A stretch of DNA of 64,000 nucleotides from IMG/VR virus record IMGVR_UViG_3300046333_000090. One strand, written 5' to 3'. The DNA comes from a virus. Shown piece after piece: positions 21,625 through 31,927 of this stretch; the stretch's first letter is position 1; each line of letters opens with the position of its first letter. A model generated the notes under the pieces. That model was not told the DNA's origin and did not search any database. It saw only the letters and a list, made by a program, of their open reading frames with translations. A program made the translations under genes and the position numbers.

Positions 21625-24600
21625 ATGAGTATAAGTCGGATACCACCAGAAGGACTGGAATCAGGAAATAAAGTAAATTTATCAAATATTAATGCTTCTG
21701 CTCCAAATATAGTACCACCAATTAATTTTTTCAATGATCTTGGTACTGGTATATTTTCACCAGAACCAGGAGTAGTAGGAGTGGCATCACAAGGGAAAGA
21801 GTTACTGCGGTTTACTCCTGCTGGTATTACTGCTGGTGGATCTATCTACGGTGGGCAAAATCCTGACTTCACTAGCAGTAATGTAGTATTATACGTGAAT
21901 ATTGGCGACAAGAATTGTACTGATTCTGTACTGAATACTGGTGGTAACTTGAATGCTCCATTTAAAACTATTGAACGGGCATTACTAGAAGCAGCAAAAC
22001 GGTCATTTGTATCTGGATTAAATAATGATAAAAATAATGGGTATACTATAATAGTGTATCCTGGGGAATATTTGGTAGATAACCGACCAGGATTAAAGTC
22101 ACAAACATTGATTGCAAATATTGTAAATTTAGAAACAGAACTGTATAAATTTAACCCCGTAGGTGGTGGGTTAATTGTCCCCAGAGGTACGTCTATAATC
22201 GCCATAGACCCACGGAAAACAGTTATTAAACCTAAGTATGTACCAGATCCTACCGTGACGGTGCCAGGGGTCATGTTTGATGGGGCGAATCTGATTGAAA
22301 AAAATAGAGGATATATAATAGAACAAACATATCTACAAATATTGCAAGACTATCCATCAATAGTAAATATAAATCTAACATGTAAACGAGATATAGGATT
22401 TATATTGACCGCGATAACTGAAGATTTAAAAAATGGTGGTAATACTAATAGTTTTATGGCTGGAGAAGCCTATATAGATGGCACCAGTATCGTATATTTG
22501 AGTGGTAGTGAAGTGCTAGTAACTATCGCAGCAATAGAAAAAATAAAACAATTAGCTATAGCTACTGTATTAAATAACTGGACATCTGTAGTAGAAATAA
22601 CAGTAAACAAAACTATTAATAGATATGTGCCAACAGTAGTAATAGATTATGCTGCTAATGGGGATTGTTCATCTGTGGCATCAGCAATTGATAGTTTAAG
22701 TAATATTATCATTGGAATTATATCAGATCCAGTTGGTTATGCTAGTACATTTGTTAAGACTAATGGTATATATGATTCTACTCCAATTTTTAAAGTAACT
22801 GGTTCCACCTACTTTGCAAATCTAACATTTAGTGATGCCAAAATAACACCATACAAAGCTGTATCATATACTGGTGATATTCCCGCATTTGTGATTGCTA
22901 CGAATGCACAATATTCACATAATAAACTAGTAGCATTCGGTTTTGTAGAACAAAGAAATGCCTATGGTGAATTGACAGAATATTATAAAAAAATTAATAC
23001 TTGGGATCTAGTTGTTGACGGTGGCGGCAATAGAGAAGTATTAGTGGATGAATATACAATTGTATCCAAATTATCATCACCAAACTCTGTTAAAGGTGCA
23101 TCCCCCTATGTATTTGGTTGTGCAGTCAGATCGATATATGGGTTAAATGGATTATTAGTAGATGGTAAAAAAGTAGCAAATGATAGTTTTAAATCATTTG
23201 TACTTGCTCAATTCACCACCATCTCATTGCAATTAGATCCGAATGCTTTTATTGGCGATCCTACTGATGCGATAGATTCTACCAATTATGCGCCAAATTA
23301 TAAACATTACGCTTATAAAGTAATAAATAATGCTTATGCCCAAATAGTAAGTTGTTTTGCAATTGGACAAGCACAACAATTTGTAACGGAAACTGGTGGA
23401 GAAGTAAGTATTAATAATAGTACTTCCAACTTCGGTGGAGTATCTTTATATTCTTCTGGCAATTCTCCATATCCATTAAATCAAGATATTGGTCATAATA
23501 TTCTGAAATTGATTCCCCCAAAATTGATTGGTAGTGATTATAGAAGATTAGTTGTTGGTGGATTAGATACAACAAGTACTAATCTGTTTCAATTATATGT
23601 AAATAATTTGAATGACAATAATGGGAATATTATATTCCCACTGAATTCTTACTTTTATGTGGCAGTACCGAATCCACAAAATCCTTCCCAAATATTGAAA
23701 TTACAAGTTAAATTAAATGCAACTGGGTCAAATTCTGGTATTTTTTCTGTTTATGATTATGGAGATTCAAATACAGAAAATACTTTAGCCTTGTATATGT
23801 TTTGTGTTGGGGGTTATCGATTTGAATCTTCTTGGTACGATTCTAATGATCCAAGACCTATTGGAGTTCAAGCGGCTAGCGAAAGTGATAGACGCAGACA
23901 AGAAATTAATAATAGTGATGTTTTTGTAGAAAGATTAGTAGATGACCGAACAGTAGATGAAAAAAATTATTCGTTTTTAGTAGTATCACCATCTACTATC
24001 AGATTGCCTACCAACAACTATATTGTTTCTCAATTGTCCGTGGATAATAATACGGTTGTCAATAAGTATTTTGTTACAAATATTGCGGCAGTAGCAGCTA
24101 ACCAAGTCACTAACAATTATACTACTCAAGGTAATTTGACTACATTGAAAATATTACGAGCGAACAGATTCTCTACACTTAACGATCAATATCCTGATAA
24201 CATTGCAGATCTTAATCCTAGTAGTGCGTATACATTGCTGACTAATAATCTCGATCCACGATTATATACTGATACTACTGCGGTTTCTATAGACAATACA
24301 AATATTAGTTATCTGAGTGTAAAGCAATTACTTTTAGATTTTGGATATTCTACTATTGATGTGGACACATTGTTATTACCAAATGGAGGTACAACATTAC
24401 TGACCAGAGTTAGAAGTTTTATTACTAATGGTAACACTAATAGTACACTCACTGGAGCAGCTATTAAATTTAATATGTTGAAACCATCGATATTGAGATG
24501 TAGTAATCATACATGGGAATATGTAGGATATAAAAATTATACTACCGCATTACCTCAGCTACAAGTAAATATTCTATCAACTGCTGCTAAGTATAAAGCT

Positions 24601-25365
24601 ATTCAGACATCTGTTAATGGGGGAGTAGTATATGCAACAGGTATGGATGAGGTTGGTAATTTATATCAAGGCAATAGTGTAATCAGTCTTGCTGACGGAA
24701 GTACTAATGATGTTAGATTTGATGGGGTGGTTAATAGTGTTGGTACAGGTAGTGCTAATAAATACTTCACTGATATAGTAGTCAACAATACTGCTAAAAT
24801 CAATATTGCTAGTATTAACACATTGACTAGTACTTTATTGCAATTTAATTCATCTTCGGCATTGAAAATGAATCTTGGTGGGGTACTTTCTGATCTGGTT
24901 GATACAAATATTCCTATAGGATTAAGAGCAACTGCTGATAAATATGGATTGGTTCGTAAAGCAACTGCGGTAGAATTATCAACTAATACTGGTGGTGGCT
25001 ACGTGACTCCACCAGATATAGCTGGTGTTGCTAGGGGAATTACATACGGTAGTTATCATTTTATATTTGGTAACATACAGATGATATGGGGGGAAATGTA
25101 TATGGAGAGAGATAATGTTAGGGATAATGGTGGTGCCCCTTGGGATGATGGTGGCGCAGCATTATGGGGCGGACTTTATAATAGTCCTGGGATGCAACCA
25201 TTTATTGACGTACTATCTGTTTCTGGTACATCAGATAAATTAATTGTACTTCAGGTTGTGCCAGGATTAACGGGGTTAACTGGATATGGGGATTCAGTTA
25301 ACGGGGTTAATCAAGGAAGTGGTGCTGTCTTTAAATATTTTGTGGTTGGTACAATTGCATTATAA
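21625..25365 (+). CDS. large virion structural / tail-fibre-associated protein
   Basis: PFKTIERALLEAA, GGLIVPRGTSI, CKRDIG, SPYVFGC.VRS.YG, HTWEYVGY.NY motifs seen in cyanophage fibre proteins. Likely ATG at 21625 after CATAAATA. Confidence 0.7.
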   Translation: MSISRIPPEGLESGNKVNLSNINASAPNIVPPINFFNDLGTGIFSPEPGVVGVASQGKELLRFTPAGITAGGSIYGGQNPDFTSSNVVLYVNIGDKNCTDSVLNTGGNLNAPFKTIERALLEAAKRSFVSGLNNDKNNGYTIIVYPGEYLVDNRPGLKSQTLIANIVNLETELYKFNPVGGGLIVPRGTSIIAIDPRKTVIKPKYVPDPTVTVPGVMFDGANLIEKNRGYIIEQTYLQILQDYPSIVNINLTCKRDIGFILTAITEDLKNGGNTNSFMAGEAYIDGTSIVYLSGSEVLVTIAAIEKIKQLAIATVLNNWTSVVEITVNKTINRYVPTVVIDYAANGDCSSVASAIDSLSNIIIGIISDPVGYASTFVKTNGIYDSTPIFKVTGSTYFANLTFSDAKITPYKAVSYTGDIPAFVIATNAQYSHNKLVAFGFVEQRNAYGELTEYYKKINTWDLVVDGGGNREVLVDEYTIVSKLSSPNSVKGASPYVFGCAVRSIYGLNGLLVDGKKVANDSFKSFVLAQFTTISLQLDPNAFIGDPTDAIDSTNYAPNYKHYAYKVINNAYAQIVSCFAIGQAQQFVTETGGEVSINNSTSNFGGVSLYSSGNSPYPLNQDIGHNILKLIPPKLIGSDYRRLVVGGLDTTSTNLFQLYVNNLNDNNGNIIFPLNSYFYVAVPNPQNPSQILKLQVKLNATGSNSGIFSVYDYGDSNTENTLALYMFCVGGYRFESSWYDSNDPRPIGVQAASESDRRRQEINNSDVFVERLVDDRTVDEKNYSFLVVSPSTIRLPTNNYIVSQLSVDNNTVVNKYFVTNIAAVAANQVTNNYTTQGNLTTLKILRANRFSTLNDQYPDNIADLNPSSAYTLLTNNLDPRLYTDTTAVSIDNTNISYLSVKQLLLDFGYSTIDVDTLLLPNGGTTLLTRVRSFITNGNTNSTLTGAAIKFNMLKPSILRCSNHTWEYVGYKNYTTALPQLQVNILSTAAKYKAIQTSVNGGVVYATGMDEVGNLYQGNSVISLADGSTNDVRFDGVVNSVGTGSANKYFTDIVVNNTAKINIASINTLTSTLLQFNSSSALKMNLGGVLSDLVDTNIPIGLRATADKYGLVRKATAVELSTNTGGGYVTPPDIAGVARGITYGSYHFIFGNIQMIWGEMYMERDNVRDNGGAPWDDGGAALWGGLYNSPGMQPFIDVLSVSGTSDKLIVLQVVPGLTGLTGYGDSVNGVNQGSGAVFKYFVVGTIAL

Positions 25366-25406
25366 GAATTATATAAATATTAATATTAATATTAAAAATA
25401 TAAAAT

Positions 25407-27020
25407 ATGGCAGTCAACTCAAGATTTAAAATTAGAAGAAGTACCACATATAATGGTGCTGTATCAGCTATCCCCGCAGCAGTCGCGGAACTAGTTCACA
25501 TTACCACCAACGCCAACAACTATGTCACTAGAGTAGGACATAAATTGTATGTTGGTGTGGGTACTGAAATTGCCGGACAAGCATCCGAATTTGAGTCTAT
25601 TGGTGGACAGTACTATACTCAGCTTCTAGATGGTGTAGCTGGGGTTCTCAATCCTTCTGCTGCAATTATTACTGATGCAAATAGTCGCATTTCTGGCTTG
25701 AATATTGCTAGTGCTGGTACACTGGCACTCAACAACACTGCAAACACCTTTAGCACCACAATTAAAGCTGCTCCTGGTCTAGCTGCAAACTATGCACTAA
25801 CCCTACCTACTGTAGTTGGTTCTCCTGGGCAAGCACTATTGACTGATGGTACAGGTATATTATCTTGGGGTGCCCCAGCAAACAACATTAACAGCACTAT
25901 TCCTCTTAACACTACTGCTGCGTATGTATTGGCTGACACTGGTGCTAATACATATTTACAAATTAATACTAACACTGGTGCTAATGCTATCACCATTGGT
26001 AACATCATTACTACTCAAGGTACTGTAGTAAAACCAAATACCACTGCTGCGTACACGATTACTGATGGTACAAATACCTTTTTAAGAATCAATACCACTA
26101 CTGTAACACCATTAACTATTCTGGGTTTTGGTAACGTAGATGTAACCAACACCTTAACTGTTACTGGTGGTGTCCTTGCAACTGGTGCCGCTACCTCTAG
26201 CGTATTCAATACTGTAGCTACCACATTATCTATTGGTGGTGCTGCTACATCTGTAAGTATTGGTGCTGCTACTGGCACTACTACTGTTAATAACGGGTTA
26301 TTTATTGGTCTTGGTAGTATTACTACACTAGCTACCACTGCTTCTGTTTTTAATACTACTGCTATTACCTTAAACATTGGTGGTGCAGCTACCGTTGTCA
26401 ATATTGGTGCGGTCACTGGCACCACTACCGTAAGAAATAATTTGGCTGTGACTGGTGGTGGTATTAGCACTACTGCTCTTACCGCTAGTGTTTTTAACAC
26501 TACCGCTACTACAGTAAACCTTGCTGGTGCGGCAACTACCGTAACTATTGGTGCGGGTACTGGTACTACTTCTGTTAATAACAACTTAGTGGTAGCGGGG
26601 AACTTAACTGTTAGTGGGACAACTACTACATTTAATGCAGTCAATGTTTCTGTTCAAGATAGCATCATTCAACAAGGTCTAGTTGGTGGTGCTGCTCCTA
26701 CAGTAGCTACTACATTTGATTTAGGTGCCAAATATAGTTATTTTGATACTACTGCTAAAAATTCTGCTTTTTTCTTCCAGCGGACTAGTAGACGATTTGT
26801 ATTAGCGAATAACTCTACGGAAGCGGCCAGTGTCATTTCTGTCGCTACTCCAACAATCAGCAACACCGATTATGCTCCCCTTGTACTCGGTTCTCTGTAT
26901 TTGAACGATGAGGCGTGTTCGGTGTTAGGAACGGCGGAACCAGTGATCGCATACCGGACAAATAATGGTGTAACTGGCAGATTTTTGGATGGAGTAATTT
27001 TAGACGCGGGGATTTTCTAG
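25407..27020 (+). CDS. tail fibre protein
   Basis: T/A/G-rich repeats (SVFNTTATT..IGGAAT.V.IGA.TGTTTV.N); late promoter at 25372-25379. Confidence 0.7.
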   Translation: MAVNSRFKIRRSTTYNGAVSAIPAAVAELVHITTNANNYVTRVGHKLYVGVGTEIAGQASEFESIGGQYYTQLLDGVAGVLNPSAAIITDANSRISGLNIASAGTLALNNTANTFSTTIKAAPGLAANYALTLPTVVGSPGQALLTDGTGILSWGAPANNINSTIPLNTTAAYVLADTGANTYLQINTNTGANAITIGNIITTQGTVVKPNTTAAYTITDGTNTFLRINTTTVTPLTILGFGNVDVTNTLTVTGGVLATGAATSSVFNTVATTLSIGGAATSVSIGAATGTTTVNNGLFIGLGSITTLATTASVFNTTAITLNIGGAATVVNIGAVTGTTTVRNNLAVTGGGISTTALTASVFNTTATTVNLAGAATTVTIGAGTGTTSVNNNLVVAGNLTVSGTTTTFNAVNVSVQDSIIQQGLVGGAAPTVATTFDLGAKYSYFDTTAKNSAFFFQRTSRRFVLANNSTEAASVISVATPTISNTDYAPLVLGSLYLNDEACSVLGTAEPVIAYRTNNGVTGRFLDGVILDAGIF

Positions 27021-27030
27021 TAATATATAA

Positions 27031-27150
27031 TTATTAAATTTAATAAACCCCCTCTAGATGATTCTAGAGGGGGTTTATTTATGATTTGATACTAGTGTCA
27101 TTATTCTAGTTTCTATGCTCTACAAGTCATCCTAGACCCCTCTCAGCACA
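27031..27150 (-). repeat. dispersed repeat copy fused to the 3' end of an HNH remnant
   Basis: ...WDKPIMC-TGA then GAGGGGTCTAGGATG..., hairpin and palindrome. Confidence 0.8.
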
Positions 27151-27415
27151 TAATAGGTTTATCCCATGTAAGCTGATTTTCTAAGTGTGCTTCTATTAAT
27201 TGATCTAGTTTTGTTTGATGTTCTGCTGGGAATACAATATTAGGATCTGGCAACCAATTATCTACTTCTAATAGATATCTTTCTGGACTGACTAAACCAG
27301 ATTTTACTCCAAACTGGTAATGAATGTTTTGTAAGTAATTAATTAAGATCTTTTGAACAAAAATTTATTCGTTTCTTTATTCTTGGTCTAGCAATTCGTG
27401 TTTCATAGCTATTAA
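27143..27415 (-). pseudogene. 5'-truncated, frameshifted HNH family remnant
   Basis: SYETRIARPRIKKRINFCSKDL / YLQNIHYQFGVKSGLVSPERYL...WDKPIMC. Confidence 0.8.
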
Positions 27416-27495
27416 TATATTGTCAGAATACTCTAGAATACTTTAGAATCGATAGTAACTATAAATATGAATAGAAATATTAAATTTAATAAGAC

Positions 27496-28407
27496 ATGGC
27501 TGCTATACAATTATTAAGAAAAAGTAGTACTAATGGAGTAATACCTACTACTGCTCAATTATTATTAGGAGAATTGGCGATCAATACATTTGAGGGGAGA
27601 TTATTCAGTAAAAAAAATAACGGCATAGAATCAATCACTGAGTTTGTAAGTACTACCGGAAATTTTATAGGTACAATAGATACGATACCCATTGGTAGAG
27701 GTACTGGAGGATTAGCAGGAAATATTAGAATAGGTATCGGAGCATTAGCAAATAATACAGGAAGTACCTCAAATATAGCGGTAGGAACAAATGCACTAGC
27801 CAGTCTTAATGTGGTTAATACTGGCAATAATATTGGATTGGGACAGAATACCCTAACTGCCAATATTAGTGGTACGGATAATATAGCAATAGGTACAGGC
27901 GCATTATCCGCCAATACAGTAAGTGGTGGTTTGGCAATAGGTGTCAATGCAGGTAGTAACAGTACTATTGGTGCGGGAAATATATTTTTGGGAAACAATA
28001 CTACATTAGCTGCTGCTGCTAACACTAATTCAATCGTAATTGGCAATGGTACGGCTGGATTAGGTAATAATACTACTGTCATCGGGACTACTGCTACGAC
28101 ATTTACTAAATTGTGGGGAAAATTATCACTAGATAGTACAATTGTTACTGTTGCTGCTACTACATTTACTATTAATAAACCAGCAGGAATTCTTCTTTGT
28201 TCTGTGGGCAACGCAATCATTACCGTAAATAATAGTTTGGTGACAGTTAATAGTATAGTGTCAGTACAGTTAAGAAATATTCCTTCCCCGACTACTGCTG
28301 TTATCCGTAATGTGGTAGTCAATAATGGGTCATTTACCATCAACTTTGCGGCAACTCCTACAGTCACCCAACCAAGAATATCATTTATTGTTATTGAGAC
28401 AATCTAA
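27496..28407 (+). CDS. tail fibre-like protein
   Basis: N-terminal IQLLRKS...PT..QLL.GELAINT..G.LF.K; NIAIG.GAL repeats; late promoter at 27460-27467. Confidence 0.7.
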   Translation: MAAIQLLRKSSTNGVIPTTAQLLLGELAINTFEGRLFSKKNNGIESITEFVSTTGNFIGTIDTIPIGRGTGGLAGNIRIGIGALANNTGSTSNIAVGTNALASLNVVNTGNNIGLGQNTLTANISGTDNIAIGTGALSANTVSGGLAIGVNAGSNSTIGAGNIFLGNNTTLAAAANTNSIVIGNGTAGLGNNTTVIGTTATTFTKLWGKLSLDSTIVTVAATTFTINKPAGILLCSVGNAIITVNNSLVTVNSIVSVQLRNIPSPTTAVIRNVVVNNGSFTINFAATPTVTQPRISFIVIETI

Positions 28408-28490
28408 ATATACGCGGAGAGGGGTCTAGACTGCCTTACAACGCACGAAAACTCCAAATATGACTACAAGTACCAGATTACCTAAATAAT
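28408..28490 (+). repeat. dispersed repeat copy (no hairpin)
   Basis: GAGAGGGGTCTAGACTGCCTTACAACGCACGAAAACT. Confidence 0.75.
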
Positions 28491-28510
28491 TAATATTAAT
28501 AATAAAAATT

Positions 28511-29014
28511 ATGTCATTATTACAAACATTAGAAATAGTAGATTTGATTAGTAACAGTATTAATCAAATCTCTAACACCAAAATTGCTTTATCGAATCAA
28601 GTCGATCAGTTACTAATCAAATTAGAACACCCAGATGTATTAAAATCGATTAGCAATGAAGAATTGCAACGATGTATCGATGTAATTAATGATGCTGGAG
28701 TAGTACTGAATAGAACTTATCCTAATAAAATTGTTCCTTACCCCCGCCCCATTGAATTTAAAAAATACTGTACTAATAAGGCGAACCCAGTATACACAGT
28801 GTATCAGAAAATTATGTATGCTGCTACTAAAGATCTGGCTAAATTCTCCGCATTATATATATTTTCCGAGTTGCTCTGGTATGATGTGTATGAGGTGGAT
28901 AGAGTTGAGCAATCTTTAAAGTACGTGTTATCATTAATTCCGCTTTCTTCCGAGGAATTACAGATAATGCAGTTAGCTTGTGATAAGCATTATTTAAACA
29001 TTAATTTAAGCTAA
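28511..29014 (+). CDS. hypothetical protein
   Basis: 167-aa ORF after the fibre gene. Confidence 0.6.
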   Translation: MSLLQTLEIVDLISNSINQISNTKIALSNQVDQLLIKLEHPDVLKSISNEELQRCIDVINDAGVVLNRTYPNKIVPYPRPIEFKKYCTNKANPVYTVYQKIMYAATKDLAKFSALYIFSELLWYDVYEVDRVEQSLKYVLSLIPLSSEELQIMQLACDKHYLNINLS

Positions 29015-29065
29015 TTTTTTGATTATAAATAATAATAATAATAATACAATTGCAAATAATATATC

Positions 29066-29311
29066 ATGAAATTACAAGAATTCCGCGATGACTTTCAATT
29101 ACAACTACAACAAGTATCACAAAAAATTCAAGAATTGACTACTGAGTTGCAAGGCTTACAACAGCAAGCTTTGAAGCTTCAAGGGGCATGTGAGGCGGTA
29201 GATCTAATTGATCAAAATATGGATTTAGTAGTACCACAAGTAGTGGATTTTGAAGAACCATCCATTATTGATGTAGAATCCACACCAATTAAACGAACTA
29301 CTAAGAAATAA
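29066..29311 (+). CDS. coiled-coil protein
   Basis: Q/L heptads, LKLQGA.EA; late promoter at 29024-29031. Confidence 0.65.
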   Translation: MKLQEFRDDFQLQLQQVSQKIQELTTELQGLQQQALKLQGACEAVDLIDQNMDLVVPQVVDFEEPSIIDVESTPIKRTTKK

Positions 29312-29316
29312 TAAAT

Positions 29317-29556
29317 ATGGATGTATCTAAACTGCTGGAATCTATTGATACTTTGTCTACTCAAGCCATGACCACAATTAGTAATACATTTGATAGTGCC
29401 GGAATTACTAATGACCAACTTGCTACTACAAGAATGGCAACTTGTGTTAATTGTCCTCATTTTGTATCATCTTCTGCCAAGTGTAGTATTTGTGGGTGCT
29501 ACATGAAACTCAAATGTAGGTTAATTGGTGCAAAATGTCCAGAAAATTTGTGGTAA
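29317..29556 (+). CDS. small Cys-rich (zinc-binding) protein
   Basis: R...C..CPHF...C..CGC.M..K......CP...W. Confidence 0.7.
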   Translation: MDVSKLLESIDTLSTQAMTTISNTFDSAGITNDQLATTRMATCVNCPHFVSSSAKCSICGCYMKLKCRLIGAKCPENLW

Positions 29557-29815
29557 CTATTCCCTAATGTTCTCTCAGATGCCCCTAGAATGCCTTGTAA
29601 GGTCTTTTGGGGCATTTTGATATAAATCCATATTAAATTTAATACCATGTTGCTGTAGCCAATTCTCGTTAGACTTAATGTTATTACAAATCTTTCAAAA
29701 GAAATATCAAAAAAGATCGAATATCCTCTTGACATTCGATATTCGATAATGTTAGCTTTAGTGCATGGGGAAAACAAACACCCCAACTAACCACTAAACA
29801 GCTAAACGAAATTAT

Positions 29816-31045
29816 ATGTCAATCGAAGTCGTAAACCATACTACAGCAACAGCAACAGGTAAAGTAAAAAGTCCTTCTGCCTACCTCAAATCTATTACAG
29901 ACGCAAAGAAAATTGGCGAATTTTTCACAATTCCTTTATCAGCCTTAGAAATATACCCAAACTTCAACAAGCGCACTGACTATAAACTCGATGAATTGAA
30001 ATTATTTATTGAACAAAACAGTGTTAGTGCATTACCAGCTATCAAGCTAATGTATATCGATGGCAAATTGTATGTAGAAGAAGGGCATCGGCGACAAAAA
30101 GCTTGTGTTGAACTGGACTTGCCCCCAGAAACCCCAATCAAAGTATTTATTGGGGAACCATCATCTTCCGCAGAAAGACTAGCGCGCCAAATTTCCAGTA
30201 ATTCTGGGGAGAAATATAATTTTGTAGAGATGGTGGCGGTGGTTAAAGAGTTGATTCAAAAGGAAGGTATGACCCAGACTCAAGTAGCCAAGATGATTGG
30301 TAAAACTCAAGGTTCTGTAAGTCAGATGTCTTTGTTCTTCAATTACAGCAATCTCTTGCTGCTCGAAATTCAACATGGTTCCATCAAGTATACACGAGTA
30401 ATGGAATTACAAAAATCTGGTTATACCGAAGAACAGATTTTAGAAGTAATCAAGAAAAGTACTCATAATTCTACTTCAGATAAAGCACCAGTACCACCAA
30501 TAAATCCTGATTCTGATAAATTAAACCAATTGTTAGGCGACGATCATCCGATAGATGATAAAAATACATCTGGTGGTAAGCGGAAAGGTAGTAAATCTGG
30601 TGGTAAGCAGAAAGGTAGTAAATCTGGGGGTACGCGGAAAGGGGATGAACCCGTAGAAGAGGATCTGATTAATGCGGAATCCCTAGAAAACCCAGAAGAG
30701 GATCTGATTAATGCGGAATCCCTAGAAAACTCAGAAGAGGATCTGATTAATGCGGAATCCCTAGAAAACTCAGAAGAGGATCTGATTAATGCGGAATCCC
30801 TAGAAAACTCAGAAGATTATGATGACGAAGAACTAAAAAAAGCGGTAATACTCAAAGATAGCGGTGTTGCTCCCAATAAACCAACTGCAACAGAGACTAG
30901 TATTAAAAAAGTTAATGTAAAATTGGTGTTGGTCAATTTCTTCATTGATGCCAAGATTGTTGATAATGGCGATGGTACTGTTTCATACAACATCACCCAA
31001 GAACAGCACGCTGAGTTTCAGCGTAATTGTATGAATATCCAGTAA
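29816..31045 (+). CDS. ParB/Noc-like protein (ParB N-terminal domain, HTH, acidic repeats)
   Basis: NFNKR...LDELK..I...LPAI...EEGHRR..A (GxRR box); GMTQTQVAKMIGKTQGSVSQ HTH; TTGACA promoter at ~29729. Confidence 0.8.
   Translation: MSIEVVNHTTATATGKVKSPSAYLKSITDAKKIGEFFTIPLSALEIYPNFNKRTDYKLDELKLFIEQNSVSALPAIKLMYIDGKLYVEEGHRRQKACVELDLPPETPIKVFIGEPSSSAERLARQISSNSGEKYNFVEMVAVVKELIQKEGMTQTQVAKMIGKTQGSVSQMSLFFNYSNLLLLEIQHGSIKYTRVMELQKSGYTEEQILEVIKKSTHNSTSDKAPVPPINPDSDKLNQLLGDDHPIDDKNTSGGKRKGSKSGGKQKGSKSGGTRKGDEPVEEDLINAESLENPEEDLINAESLENSEEDLINAESLENSEEDLINAESLENSEDYDDEELKKAVILKDSGVAPNKPTATETSIKKVNVKLVLVNFFIDAKIVDNGDGTVSYNITQEQHAEFQRNCMNIQ
30656..30816 (+). repeat. 39-bp tandem repeat x4 (EEDLINAESLEN[P/S])
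   Basis: Direct reading of the sequence. Confidence 0.95.
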
Positions 31046-31177
31046 TTTAATAAGGGAACGCTTGATACCGATCCCTTTAATGACAAGAAGGTATTAAGTC
31101 AAACTACTTCAATTTTAACCTTTTTTTAACCATTTACTACTTGACTTATTAACGTCGTATGTACTATACTAACTGTA

Positions 31178-31444
31178 ATGAGTCTAAAACTCACGTCTTC
31201 TAACCCAAACAAGGAATATCGAAACATGAACGCTAAAGATATGATCATTTCATCGGTAGACTCTAATGGAGATGTCACTATTCTTGCCACTAAGTACGAT
31301 CCCACAATTCTCCACCCTATCACGGTGTTTGCCAACACTGGATTTTACGGGTGGATTCTAAAAATCCACGACAACAAAACTACGATTAATAATGATGCTC
31401 CTACCAGCATCTTAAATCGAGTATATAACTTAATCACTTGGTAG
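31178..31444 (+). CDS. hypothetical early protein (start may be 31226)
   Basis: Preceded by TTGACT-17-TATACT and followed by a hairpin at 31459-31492. Confidence 0.55.
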   Translation: MSLKLTSSNPNKEYRNMNAKDMIISSVDSNGDVTILATKYDPTILHPITVFANTGFYGWILKIHDNKTTINNDAPTSILNRVYNLITW

Positions 31445-31584
31445 ATTCTATGTCCAATCCAACTAAGTCCACACATTTGTGTGGACTTAGTTGATGCTAC
31501 TTTAGTATTATAAACTTTCTTCTCTGTTTCTGTTTACCCACTTCAAAAAAAAAATATAACTAAAAAGTTATCTTTTTTTTGTTA

Positions 31585-31730
31585 TTGGGATAAGCCAATT
31601 ATGCTCTCAGATCCGTCTAGAGTGCCCCTCAACGCACGAAAACTAGAATAATGACTTACTATATCAAATTACAGCTGTCGTGCCTTACAGAGCATTCTAG
31701 AGGGATATTAAATTTGATATAGTAAGTCAT
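31585..31730 (+). repeat. HNH 3'-end stub plus dispersed repeat plus 20-bp inverted repeat
   Basis: TGGGATAAGCCAATTATG (WDKPIM), then the repeat core; ATGACTTACTATATCAAATT / AATTTGATATAGTAAGTCAT. Confidence 0.7.
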
Positions 31731-31839
31731 CATATTAATATTGGGATATCCGCCATTGTGCTTAATCTGTTAAAATGGCTTGCAATTAGATCGGATTAGT
31801 GAGATAGTTAAAACAGTTAAACAAGACAACCAAAATAAT

Positions 31840-31927
31840 ATGACATATCTTGAATTATACGATGTATTACACAAGCTGTTCCCAGATCTGGTAGGAGAAC
31901 TCAACAATCTAGATTATCGGAGATTTG
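31840..31927 (+). pseudogene. 5' part of a small early gene interrupted by the IS
   Basis: MTYLELYDVLHKLFPDLVGELNNLDYRRF follows a module promoter; the frame can continue after 33256. Confidence 0.55.

Noticed and set aside
30656-30816. 39-bp repeat as a mini-CRISPR
   Set aside because: The units are head-to-tail without spacers and in frame within a CDS.
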